This document shows positions 1 to 25,023 of a stretch of DNA of 64,000 nt, in pieces. The stretch comes from Salpingoeca rosetta (taxonomy: Eukaryota > Protista > Choanoflagellata): positions 377,628 through 441,627 of the forward strand of contig JAWQFM010000006.1 in assembly GCA_033442325.1 (NCBI GenBank). Reading direction: 5' to 3'. The position numbers and the translations under genes are program-made. Each line of letters starts with the position of its first letter. Within the stretch, counting starts at the first letter, position 1. The notes under the pieces are model-generated. The model saw only the letters and a program-made list of their open reading frames with translations. It ran no database searches and was not told the DNA's origin.

Positions 1-525
1 ATTATCCTTCTTCCCCCCGTTTTTTTTTTTCTTTTTGTCGATTCGATGGGTGCGCAGACCGCGGTCGTGCGCAGTTCAAACCTCGTTCTGCGTGTCGCCC
101 GCGGTCACCTGACTCGCACCACCCTGTGGAGCAAGCAAGCAGACAAGCAAGGCAAAGGCTACGCTAACGTGATCCACACGTCGCGTTGCAGGCACTGTAT
201 CTATTTGCCAAGCAAGCAAGCACGAACCTGGGATCAAGCCGTGAGATCGACTTTAAGCGTCCATCGGCCTTTGTACGTGTGATTGATTGCAGCAAGAACC
301 CTCGAACACGAACAGCCACCTCACGTTCCTGAAACCCTTCCTTGAGGTTGTTGTTGTTCTTGTTGTTGGATTGATGTGAAGGCACTCGTCTAGCAGCCTC
401 AGCAGACCTTGTTTCCACGACCTACAGCTCTCAATCTACTCCACGTCGATCTCCTCCTCCTCCTCCTCCAAATCCTGCCCCCTGAACTCTTCCATCCTCA
501 ACAACCAGAACCAGCACCCATCCAC

Positions 526-2863
<2,338 letters not shown>

Positions 2864-3374
2864 GCCCATCCCATCACGTGATTGTCATGACATAGGCTTG
2901 ATTCCTCCTCTTGTTCTTCCTCTTGCTCTTCCTCTTGTTCCTCCTCTCGTTCCTTGCTCTTCGTGAGAGCGTTTAACGTGAATGTGTGTGATGTGTACGT
3001 GTGCCACTGTGCATTAGGATCTCTGTCTTCTTCATTCAGTGTGCGAGGTGGTGTTGTGGATAAAGTAAAGCAAACTCAAGCCAAGTCAACTCAACAAGCA
3101 AGCAAGCCAGCAAGCAAGCAAGCCAGCCAACAAGCCAGCCAACAAGCCAGCCAGCAAAGTCAAAACAACAGCACAGCCAAGCCGCGTGGGTCGATAATTG
3201 GTGTAAAATTTCAACCAATTTTCACAACCACGTGTTGGCACCAAACCACAAACACACACACACATACACAACACCAAAACCTTGACTGCCTCCACTCTCG
3301 TCTCCGACCACCCCCCATCCCGTCCGTGCGCTCTGCGCGTGTAAACAACAACCTCCCTCCCCCCCGACGCCACC

Positions 3375-4576
3375 ATGCAGCACGACCAAGTGATCTGGAG
3401 CGTCATCAACAAGAACTTCTGCACGTTCAAAGCAAAGTACGCGCACGTGAATGTGTGTATGTATGCGTTTGGTGCGGGTTGTCCATGGTGCTGGTGAACA
3501 TATCCACGCTTGAACGATCGCTGTCGCTGTCTTGTTCGTGCTATCGCGTTGCTTACTCGCTCAATGTGACACAATCTTGGCCTCAACAGAACTGTGCAGC
3601 AAGCATTCTGCCGTCACAAATACAACGTCACAGGTTGGCTGAGGCGTGCGTGCGCGGGCGTGTGTTTGGGCGAGTGTTTGGGCATGTGTGGATATGTGCT
3701 ATCCTTTTCCAGCTCTGGTGGGTTTCGCTTGCGTGTCTCACACTTGTTCTTTCTTTTCTGTTCATAGGCCTTTGCAACCGCCGGTCATGCCCTTTGGCAA
3801 ACTCAAACTACGCCACGATTCGCGAGCACAGAGGTGCGTGCGTGTGCGTGTGTGTGTCTCTGTGTGCGTGTGTGTGTGCGTGTGTGTGTGTCGTCAAACG
3901 TGTCGCTCGTCGTCGATTCCGTTTGACATTTCTGGACGTGACATGTTGGCTCCTCCTCTGTTGTGATCCGCCCCCGCCCTCACCCAACAATGGTCGGCTC
4001 AACCTTGTTTGTTCTCCCTGCGTGCATGTGTCGTTGTTTTCATTTTGCGTTCACAGGGAGGATATACCTGTGCATCAAGACGATTGAGAGGGCGCACACG
4101 CCAAAACACATGTGGGAGAAGATCAAGCTGAAGCAGAACTACGCCGAGGCGCTGAAGCAGATTGACGCACACATGCAGTACTGGCCGTCCTGGCTCAAGC
4201 TGCGTTGCAAGCAGCGCCTCACCAAAATCACACAGTATCTCATCCGCATGCGCAAGCTCGCCCTGAAACCACAACGCAAGCTCATCACCCGCAACAAGAA
4301 GGTCGGAACTGCACTTGTCTGCTCGTGCGCCTTCTCTCCCACTGAGCACGATGTGAAGCCCGCCGCATTCTTAGAAGCGGGGCGCGTTGACGTGTACAGC
4401 GAGAGTGTGTGTGTGTGAGAGTGTGTGTGTGTGAGAGAGAGTGTGTGTGTGTGTGAGTGGGAGAGACAGAGAGAGAGAGTGAGTGTGTGTGTGTGACTTG
4501 GTGAGAGAGAGAGAGTGTGTGTGTGTGAGTTGGTGAGAGAGAGAGAGAGACACACCACCCACCCACCCACCCACCA

Positions 4577-4668
<92 letters not shown>

Positions 4669-5802
4669 CTGAGCACTCAACTCAACTCAATTGTGCATGG
4701 TTTGCACCCACCCCCTTTCTCACCCTCCACGTGTTGCATCATTTACCTGTTTATGTGTCCATGTTGTGCAACTTTGCTGTATCAGGTTGAGCGACGAGAG
4801 GCACGGCGCGAGCTCAAGGCGCTCCGGGCCGCGCACATCAACAAGGTGATTGAGAAGGAGCTGCTTGACCGGCTGAAAGACGGCACGTACGAGGGCGTGT
4901 ACAACTTCCCCGAGAACGCGTTCAACTCTGCGCTGGACAAGGAGGGCGAGGCTGATGAGGAGCCCGAGGACATGGACGAGGAGGACGAAGAAGACGAGGA
5001 GGAGAAGCAGGCCGACCCGGTAAGCAAAGCACTGGTGTTGTGCGTGCGTGCGTGTGTGTATGGATGCGTGCGTGTGTGTGCGTGTGCGTGTAGATGTGTA
5101 TGACTGTGCCCATTTGCGAGCTACCTTTATGTCTCCAAATTTTGCTGTCTGACACCCATGCTCACATGCACGAACCACCACCACCACCATCGTTGATGTG
5201 GCAGATGGCGGCTGACGAGTTTGTGGCGGAGTATGAGGAGGATGAGGAGGACGAGACCAAGGACATGGAGGATTACGATATGGAGGAAGGCCTTGACGAG
5301 CTGTTTGCAGACACAGATGAAGATGAGGAGGATGGAGAAGAGGGAGAGGGCGAGGATGATGATGAGGAGGAGGATGATGACGAAGGTGATGGCGATGAAG
5401 AGGCTGAAAGCCGAGCACAGAAGAAGCCAACAAAGGAGGAGCGGCAACAGGCGCTCGCCAGCGCTGCCGCCCTTCTCCTGCGGTGCGTGCGTGTGCGCGT
5501 GTTCACGTGCGCTTGTGGTTGTGCTTCTCTGTGTGCGTGTTGCCGTGCGTATGTGACTGTGATTGTGATTGTGATTGATTTCTCATGCGCGCTGCTTCTG
5601 CTCGTCGTGTGCCCCCCCCCCCAATTCCCCCCTCTTTTCAATCTCTCTTGTTGTTCATACTCACCGATGACCTTGTCCATCTGCTACTCCCTCCTTTTCG
5701 TTGTTTGTTTGCAGCCGCAAGGCGCGATCGCGCGTGTCCATCGAGTACGAGAAGGAGGCCGAGACCGGCGCCCAGCACTCCTCAAAGGACTCCTCGTGGT
5801 AG
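3375..5802 (+). CDS. MAK16: MAK16 ribosome biogenesis protein (multi-exon)
   Basis: Motifs [65 protein letters not shown] and [18 protein letters not shown]. Acidic tail ending in [15 protein letters not shown] at 6071. Confidence 0.95.
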
Positions 5803-5806
5803 ACTT

Positions 5807-5850
<44 letters not shown>

Positions 5851-6409
5851 ATTCACGCATGCACACAAGTTCTTGTTGCGTGTGTTTTTCCGCCTTTTGG
5901 CTTTCTTGTCGCACTCTGCACGTGCGTGTTGTCGACACGCTCGTGATGCCCTTGACGTGCATTCTTGTGTTCTTGTATCATCGTGTTTCAATTGCACAGC
6001 CGGTGCATCTTGTCTGTCTCTGTGTATTCGTTTGTGGGTGACACGTCTTCAACGCGCACCCACGCGGGTCAATAAATCTCCCTTGATCTCTCTCTGTTTT
6101 GTGCGCTCGCACACGCTGAAATCACGGATAAGAACAGAACAGGGCAAGAAGCAAGAGCATGTCAAGCCATGTGGGGCGATGAATGATTGATTTTTTGGCT
6201 GTTGGGGGGGGGGGGGACGGGATCTGGCCAGGCGCATTGCAAGCAAAAGCATCAAGAAGCCATGTCGACTTTATCCCTGTGAAGTTGTGGTGATGGGGAC
6301 AGGTACCAGCAGGGGACTGCTGGTGCATTGTTCACTTGTGACGACGACGTGGGATCTCTGTCAACGTGTGTGTGTGTGTGCCAGAGAGAGTGTGTGTGTC
6401 AGAGAGAGA

Positions 6410-6884
6410 NNNNNNNNNNNNNNNNNNNNNNNNNNNNNNNNNNNNNNNNNNNNNNNNNNNNNNNNNNNNNNNNNNNNNNNNNNNNNNNNNNNNNNNNNNN
6501 NNNNNNNNNNNNNNNNNNNNNNNNNNNNNNNNNNNNNNNNNNNNNNNNNNNNNNNNNNNNNNNNNNNNNNNNNNNNNNNNNNNNNNNNNNNNNNNNNNNN
6601 NNNNNNNNNNNNNNNNNNNNNNNNNNNNNNNNNNNNNNNNNNNNNNNNNNNNNNNNNNNNNNNNNNNNNNNNNNNNNNNNNNNNNNNNNNNNNNNNNNNN
6701 NNNNNNNNNNNNNNNNNNNNNNNNNNNNNNNNNNNNNNNNNNNNNNNNNNNNNNNNNNNNNNNNNNNNNNNNNNNNNNNNNNNNNNNNNNNNNNNNNNNN
6801 NNNNNNNNNNNNNNNNNNNNNNNNNNNNNNNNNNNNNNNNNNNNNNNNNNNNNNNNNNNNNNNNNNNNNNNNNNNNNNNNNNNN
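6410..6884. other. Assembly gap (N run)
   Basis: Run of n, flanked by GT/GA microsatellites. Confidence 1.
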
Positions 6885-6933
6885 NTGTGTGTGTATGCAT
6901 GAGCTGTGGTGAGTTTGGAGCACAGCAGCGAGC

Positions 6934-7002
6934 TCAGGAAGGCGAGTTTGCGAGTGCGCATGTGCATCGCATGGATGAGAGCTGTTGCTCTGCACCTTCA
7001 AA

Positions 7003-7065
<63 letters not shown>

Positions 7066-7708
7066 ACTCTTCATTGGGCTGAGGACAGCCTTCTCTGCAA
7101 ATTGTCCGGCAGATTTGAAATGCTTTGCTGGTGACACCCCGTCATTTGCTTCCTCGGCCAAGTTGTTCAAGCGCAACAGCTCCTCGCCCGTGAGCCGCAC
7201 AGAGTAGCCCTCCTTCGAGATGCTCTTCATAATGGGGCCCTGGGCACAAATGCGCGTGTGGGTGTGTGTGCGTGTGAGTGTGCGTGTGAGTGTGCGTGTG
7301 AGTGTGCGTGTGAGTGTGCGTGCGAGTGTGCGTGTGAGTGTGTGAGTGTGAGTGTGAGCGTGCGTGTGTGTGTGTGTGAGTGTGAGCGTGCGTGTGTGTG
7401 CATGTGTCTGTGCAAGAAGTGTATGTGAGTGCGTGTCCCAGCTGAGCATCAGAGTGCTGGTCCCACCGCACCTTGAACACAGATTGCTTGTTTGGGGAAT
7501 CAGCGTGGTTGAGGACATAGTAATCGTGCCGTTTCAAGCCCTTGAGCTGCAAGATCACGGGCACAACATGTTACCAAGCGAAGGGGACGCACAGACACTC
7601 TCATTCATTGTCACATATGTGCACACGCCCCAACACACGCGCATGCACACAAACACACCACACACAAACACACACACACACATTCAAGCGCGCGCGCACA
7701 CACACACA

Positions 7709-7747
<39 letters not shown>

Positions 7748-10300
7748 TCAAGCACACACACACGCGCGCGCGCATACACAGAAACTCACCTCTGGCCTGG
7801 CGACACTGCCGTGCTTGTTGTGATTCTGCAGGATTGTGCCCTTGGCTGTCTTGTGGTTCTGTGGAACATGGTTGTATACCTTGTTGTACGCGGGCTTGCT
7901 TGGATCATCCGTCGTCATCCTAATTTACAATTCAAGGCGAGCATGCAGCGGTGAGCTGATGGAAGTGAAGGCACCACAAAGACACGAAGAAAAAATAAAA
8001 AGGAGAGAGGGAATTGGGGAGGAGTGAGGAAAACAAGAAGAACGAGAAGTAGAAGAACAGAAAGAAGAAGAGAACAGAGAACAAACTTGCACAAAGGCGC
8101 CCTCGCATGGGGCCAGCACTCTGAGCATTTTCGCAGCATGTTTGCTATGCCCCGCTTTCTTTGTGTGCTTGGCTGGCTTGAACAGCGACTCACGCAATGT
8201 TGTTCGAAGCAACGTTCTCTTGGTCGTCAGCGTATGCGTCCAGGACTTGGCGGCTGCCGCGACTGTAGTCCTGGTCGTCTTCTTCATCATCATCATCATC
8301 ACTGTTGTTGGCGGGCGCGATGCTCTTGCGCTTCTGCTCATATGCGTCGGCAACGCGGTGGTGGCGGCCGTGCACGGGCGACTTCGCCCTCTTCGCTGGC
8401 GACACGTTCTCGTCCACAACATCCGCCAGATTCGGCTGCTTGGGCGGCGATGGGGCGCTGCGCATGGAGAGCGGACGATTGGGTGTGTTTTTCGCGCGCT
8501 TTTCAATGCGATCGCGCGCGCGTTCCATGCGCTCCTTGAGCATCAGCACCTTCTCCTCACGGGACTTGACGGCCTCCGCCATCCTGTCCAGCCGTGCCTT
8601 GTGCTCCGTGCTCTTCTCCTGGTACTCGCGCGTGAGCATGTGTGTGCGCTGGTCCTTCTCCCGCAACTCGCCCTCGTACTTGGACAGCTCACGCCGCATC
8701 GCGTGCAGCTGAGACTCGAGCTCTGCCTTCTCGCGCTGTTGTGTTGTGGGTTTGTGTACGTGCGTGAGTGAGGGTGTGAGTGGGTGTACGTACGTGTGTT
8801 TGTGTGCGCGTGCGTGCATGAGTGAGTGTGGGTGCATGTATGGGAGTCTGTTAGAGCGGAAACAAACGATGGGATGATGGACATACAACCAAAGGACATG
8901 TGTCACATGCAGGAGAATGGTGTTGATGTACCTCGAGGGATTCATTGCGACGACGCGTCGTGGACAAATCGGCCGTCAGTCGCTCAATATCTTCCTTTTG
9001 CTCCGAAATCTGTGAATTGCACAGCACACCGCATGAAACGGTCAGTAAACAACAAACACCAACAGAAACACACACAAACACAAACACAAACACACATACA
9101 ACAACAAAAACACAAACACACAAATACACACACACAAGCACAAACACAAAAACACAAACACGCACACACACAATAACGTGAACGCATGTGTGTGTTTGTG
9201 TTTTTGTTTAGGGAGAAGTCATGCCAATGGACTACGTGCTTACGTGTGATTCGAGCTCTGTGCGCGTTGCTGCTGTTTCACGGATCAACTCCTCCGTCTG
9301 TTCAACAGTGGCAAGCACAGAGCATGCACTTGTTAGAGTTGTGCTGCGCAGCAAGTGACATAACATGTTGTGTTTGACACGACAAGTATTATAAGGGAGC
9401 ACAGAGGTCGCAAAGAGTAAGTGTTATGCGACCTTCTTCTCGAGAGAGTCACAGCGCAACTTCTCCTCCGTCAACTGTTCCGTCAGCTCCGAGATGCGAA
9501 TTGTCTGCTGCATCAACGTGTTCTCCTGCGCAAGTGGGTGTGTGCGTGTGCGTGTGCATGTGCGTTGTGTGTGCACGTTGCGTGAGCAATACAACGTGCG
9601 CGCGCGTGTGCATGTAATGAGCATACATGTCCGTCCTTGCAATGGCATGCAGCAAGAGCAATACGTTTGGTTCGTACTTTTTCGCGAAGGTGAGTGCGGA
9701 ACTGCTGCTGTGCGTCCTCCATCTGTTGGCGCTTCTGGGCAAGGCTCTTGTGCATGTGCTGATGGTTGAAGCAGAGAAACAAAGCAGAGGCACTCAGCTG
9801 TGAGTCACATGTGTCTGGCTGGTCACGGTACACATTGCAGTTTGCCCAACGAACGACGGAAGGAAACGGCAAACGCTTCCGCACATATTGTCCGTGAATC
9901 CAAATGCGTACACTCCTTTACCCATCCACTCAAATCATCCAAGCAAACCTGGTCAATGTCGCCAATGGCACGAGCAAGGTGCGGTGATTCGAGGTGCTTG
10001 GAACGCTTGCCGACCGTGGCACCGGAGCGATATGCGCTGGAAGGCGACTGATCTTTGGCCATCTCCTCCAGCTCCTTCTGAACGGCAGAGTACGCGCCCC
10101 TGAACATAGCCGTCCGTGTTCGTGGTTGTGAGCAAGATGTGCATAATTGTGTGAAACTGTGCAAGAACAAGCGGAAGAAACATAAAACAAAAACTTGGGA
10201 GGAGGGTCGACAGAGGCAAAGGATGCTGAATCAAGGAATGCATGGACGAGGTTGAATGGAAGAAACACGCCTGCGACATTGACAGGTGAACCAAAGACAC

Positions 10301-10383
<83 letters not shown>

Positions 10384-13300
10384 CGGCACTGCAAAACATC
10401 ACACTGAAAGGACACTTCCAAGACTTACGGTTCCTGATTTGCCTCTGCGCCATCGTTTTCTTCAATGTCCGACAATGATGTCTCTCCGCCACCTGCTTTG
10501 CGTCTTGCGCGGCGCTGAAGGCGGCACTGCATGCCGCGACCTTCCTCGTATCCTGTAGGGAGCGAACACGGGATGAGTGGTGATGCACGTGGGACGACAA
10601 GGTACATGGTGTGCAGTGAAAACATGCACAGCGACCTGATAGCAAGAGTGTTGACCCTCAAACAGCTTCAGCCTCACGCGTGCATAAACAAACAAGCACA
10701 CATGCACACACTCATGCAGACACAGACACGACACACACACACTCTCTCTCTTTCCCTCTCTTTTACAAGCACACATGCACACGCACACCCACACACACTC
10801 TCTCTTACACACACACACTTGCACGACTTTGTGCGCACCTTTGTAGATTGGTGCTTCCTCGGAGACATTTGTCTCAATCTCGCCGGTGAGTTTGGCAAAG
10901 TCGAGAACACTTGCTGTCTCCGCTGCATCAGGGGAGGATGGAGATGCGCAGACAATCATGCTCATCTGCGCAGAATTTGCGTGCGCGTGTGCGCGTGCAT
11001 GTGTGAGGAAACAAGCGTGAGACTGGTGAAGACATTGCGTGCAGCAACGCACCATGTAAGGAACACTTGTCGTCACCAAGCACGGTTTTCGCTATTGGTG
11101 CCATTATTTTAACCACGTCATGTCCCACCTTGCCGTGGCCCATCAGGTACTTTTGGAAGAGGTGGGTGAGGCTGAATTCGCGGTACTGGATGCGTTTCTT
11201 CTTTCCTTTCTGCTGCATGTCCCGTAGTGCCTGGTGTGTGCATGTGTGTGTGTGTTGTGTGTGTTCACGTGTGTTAACGTGTGTGTGTTCACGTTTTGAT
11301 GAGGGAACAACAACAGTGATAGTGCACATTGGTTTGGATAAGTGATCTGACCAATACAGACACACCCGCCCCGCCCTCTCCTGGAAGGCACACCTGAAAG
11401 CATTCCCGCAGCTTATTGAGGGACTTGTTGATGTCAATGCCTTCCTTCTGTTGGTTTCCTTTGCTGCCGCTTCGCATGCAGCGCTCGGAGCCAGCCAAGT
11501 CAACAAGGCAGATCTGTTGTGTTGGCGTGGTGGTGTTTGTGGAAAAGTGTGAGCGCGTGAATGGAAATGTGTACAGTATTGTGGAAGTGCACATTTGCAT
11601 GTGTGTTTGTGTGCAAATCACATTCATTGTCGTGCGTGTGTGTGTGCATATGCGTGCGTGTGTGCGCGCGTGTGCACACATATGCGTGTATGCTAGGTAG
11701 GCATCTGCGTTTGACTGCATTTCGCCCCTTGATATGATACTTTTCGCATGTCATGCCATCACGACCATGAGCTTGTGTGCGGTGCTGACCTGGGCGACGT
11801 GGGGTGGAATGTCGTCGTCGCGAACAACATCGGAGCCATTGCGGTTCAGCGGTGCAGAAACAACCTGTGCAATGTGTACAGAGTGGTGTTAGTCGTGATG
11901 ACGAATGGCTTCTCGAGCAACGGGAGCTAATCAACAAACGCAACTGCAACGATGCTGCTGGTGCGTTTTCGTGAACGTTAAGTGTTCCACAACAGCACCC
12001 ACATAGTCTTTGCCATTTGTCGGCAATTGTCTGCGCACCTTGATGGTAAAGATGCTGTGGCTGCGGCTGGACTGGCTGTTGAGGTTGGTGGAGCCGACTT
12101 TCCTCACGGCCTTGCCTTCTTCCAGCAGGCGAAACGCCTCATCCGTGCTGTGCACCTCCTTCCACGTTGCACCCTGCACATAGTACTGTCCGTCGCGCCC
12201 GAGCTTCACTCCAAGGCTCGTCTTGAGCGGCTTTCCTCGGCTCTTTGGGTTGAATGCTGTCAGAGGCATTGCAGGGCAACGAGAATATGAGGGGGAGCAT
12301 ATCCTGTTTGAAAACGAGTAGGTGCAAGACACAGGGTAATTTGCACCACAGGTGCATGCGTGTACGCACACACAATAACACTCGCACAACCCTCGTGTGC
12401 CTGTGCTCCACATGTCCAGACACGCTTCACATGCGCACACGCTCCCACGAACAACCGAGCAAGCAACACAGGTCTCGCAGCACGTACCGTCTGGCGTGTA
12501 CATGGGGCGGTCGTCAAAGAGGTCGTAGACGTAGTTGCGGTAAATCTCCACATACGAGATGAAGATGGAGAAGCGCGTGTCTGGATCGGCCAGCGCAAGC
12601 TGTTGTGTGGAGGAAGTGGAAGGAAGGACGTGAGACGTGAGGGTTAATGTGACAAAACGAGCGTGTGTGGAAGCAAATGCGTGGACGACCACTCGTGATG
12701 CGAACGTGATGTGATATGCAACGCGGCTGGCTTGCTTGTATCGAGCCCTCTATCCATCCAACTTGTGCATGCGTATGTGTGTGTGTGTGCATGAGTATGT
12801 GTCTGTACCGAGCTTGGATCATAGGACCGGCGGCGCGTTTGAATCGGCACAGACGTGTCGACATCCATGGCATCGCGGTCTGCAATGTGTGAGCGTGTGT
12901 GTGTATGTGTGTTGGGGGGGGGTTTACGAGTGTGTGTGCGTGTGTGGGTGTGTGTGGGTACGAGAGAGAGAGAGAGAAGAGAGAGAGTGTGTGTGTATGT
13001 GTGTGTGTGTGTGTGTGGTTCGAGTGTGCGTGTTTGTGCAAATGTGAGTGAGAATGTGCTCAAGTGTGAATGCAGTGATGTGGGCTGGCATTGTGCGATC
13101 GCCGACATGCACGAACGAAGTACAAATTGACGATTAATGACACAGCAATGAGTACGAGTTCATGTCCTCACCCTCGGGATGGTCGTGGCGGTGCTTCCGA
13201 CGAAGGTCCTTGGCTTCGTTGGCATCCTGCCAAACGAGCAACACAAGCGGTGTCAAGAGGGTTCGGGAAAGTTTGTTAGATGCAAGTCATCTTTCAAGGT

Positions 13301-14694
13301 GAGCGAACACACATATGAAAAAAAAAAACTGTACGTAGATGAACAAACAAATGCCAACACATACACACACAGGTACATACATATACACACAGGCACAGGC
13401 ACACACTCGCACACACAGACAAACAGACAATCACATATACGCACACAGACAGACACACAATACGCATACCCGCACGACGATGGTGCCCTTTGACTCGTCT
13501 GGTTTGAAGGTGAACCACTTGGCGCGCTGGTTATTGATGCTGTTGAACAAGACATCAAGTGTGCGGGGCATGATGCCGTCCAGGTCCTCCTCGCTTCCCT
13601 GGAGAGACAAACGGTATTGATGTGTGGAAGGGAAAAGGAATTGTGAACAAGGGTGTGAGACGCTGGAGACAGACTTCCTCCTAGTCCCACTGCAATCACT
13701 GCGCCCACAAGACATATAACAATGTACATACGGATGTGTGTATACGAATATACTCACGGCAACACAACACACTTACACAAACGCACACATGTACCTACGC
13801 ACACACGCACACACAAACAAGGACACACACCTGCATGGTGTAGGTTTTGCCCGAGTTTGTGATGCCATATGTGAAGAGGAGGGCGTCCTGACCGCGAAGC
13901 ACATCAGTCACCAGTGGAAATGCTGTCTTTTGGAAGAGCTGCATTGGAGAATGGGAAGAGCGGGATATTTGGGGTCAAGGTTCGATGAAATGAGGAAAGG
14001 ATGGCAAACATACATGTTGGACATGCACATGTTGGACATGAACATGGCGCACACGCGTGTATATAGCACTTGCAAGTCCAAAGCAGACAAACACATATAC
14101 ACACACCCCCATACACACACACGCGCGCACGAACACACACACACACGCAAAACACGCAAACACACATACACACGCAAACACACATATACACACACACACA
14201 AACACACACGCAAACACACACGCAAACACACCAACTCAGATGTCGTACCTCAATCTGATCTGCCTTTGGACCAAACACATGGTCAAACTCGTACTCGAGC
14301 ACCTTCTTGATGTTCTTTGGGTTGCGGTAATGAATCTGCTTTGTGGATTGGAGGCTGATGCACTCTGGACCAGCCGTCTTTTCCTTTGCCGTCAAGGGAC
14401 GAACGCGCAGGTACACCTGAGAGGTTGTTGCAGCAGAGGCGTTTGCATTTTGTGTTGATGATTCGCGTCAGTAACACTCGGTCACACCATCCAAGAGCAA
14501 TCGCAGCTTGACCATCACGAAACAAAGATCAGAAACACCCACCACCAACAACACCACCACCAACAACACCACCACAACAACACCAACAACACCAACAACA
14601 CCACCGACAACAACGCCAACGTTCCACAGCAGCCACACTGCGTGTTCACTACCTTGACGGTGTCCTTCTCCTTGGCGTTTCCGTGGCCGTTCAT
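6934..14694 (-). CDS. KIF23: Kinesin-6 family motor (KIF23/MKLP1-like), about 20 exons; last exon uncertain
   Basis: VKVYLRVRP, P-loop YGITNSGKTYTMQG, GIMPRTLDVLFNSI, ISYVEIYRNYVYDL, NSQSSRSHSIF, LVDLAGSER and YREFSLTHLFQ. A coiled coil follows, then a C-terminal segment resembling the MKLP1 Arf6-binding domain. Confidence 0.85.
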
Positions 14695-14925
14695 CTTGAT
14701 TGAGTCTTTGAGTGTGCACAACAGGTACAGTGGGAGATACAGGTGCCGGGTGGCTCGAGGTGGTGTTGGCACGACGACAACAAAATCCAAAAGTGGCGGC
14801 GTTGAAAATTTCGAATTGACGAAAATTTGCTGAAGATTTCATACATTCACAGCAAGTGTTGTGGTCCAATGTCATGCATATACTATAACAAAGTAAAATC
14901 TTCCAACTCGTCAACAACTCGCATG

Positions 14926-14996
14926 GCCGCGGTGGTGTAATGGTAACACTACGCGTTGTGGTCGCGTTACTCCCGGTTCGATTCCGGGCCGTGGCA
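14926..14996 (+). tRNA. tRNA-His (GUG), intronless
   Basis: Cloverleaf: acceptor GCCGCGG/CCGTGGC, D-arm GTGT/ACAC, anticodon arm ACGCG-TTGTGGT-CGCGT, T-arm CCCGG-TTCGATT-CCGGG, discriminator A. An oligo-T Pol III terminator follows at about 15002-15008. Confidence 0.95.
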
Positions 14997-15177
14997 GAGT
15001 CTTTTTTTCCTATGACCGTTTCTTTTTGTTTTTCGGCTGCGCACTGAACGACACGTCAAACCAACACCAACACCAACAAGCAAGAAGCAAAGCAGCATTC
15101 TGCTGCAACTCGCCATCAGTGCCAGCAGTGCCACCGCAGTCACCATCAACGCAGCTCAAGGAGCACGGCAGGCAGAC

Positions 15178-24534
<9,357 letters not shown>

Positions 24535-25023
24535 ATTCAGTGTACACATTATCGTATCGAATGTCCATGAAAGATATCAATAAATGACGTGTCTTGGCAA
24601 CACCACCAACCATTTCTCGACCTTGTTGTTTGTCGCAGTGCGCGCTTGTTGCTTCTTAGCCATTCATCAACAACACTCGATTGGTTGTCAACCATACGCA
24701 CACGCATCCCCGCTACTTTGCCCTGCACTTGAAGCATCACACGCACAGCTCGCTCTCTTCACTTGAGACCTTGGTGAGGCTTCTCCTGCCGGTGTGCACG
24801 CTTGATCTCTTCCTGCAATACAAACACAGCTAAGGCAAAGGCAAAGAGAGACGTGAAGTCGCGCTCTCGTATTGTTTCCAACCACACACGCACAGCGTCA
24901 TCATACATTCGCTTGCTCACCAACCACATGTCGGCTTGCTCCATTGCCGGTTGACACCCCCCCCCCTTCCTCCCTCCCTCTCTCCTTCCTATATCTCAAC
25001 ATCTGCATCGCAGATCAGTCACC

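Noticed and set aside
6287-7207. Poly-X ORFs
   Set aside because: They only read through the assembly gap.
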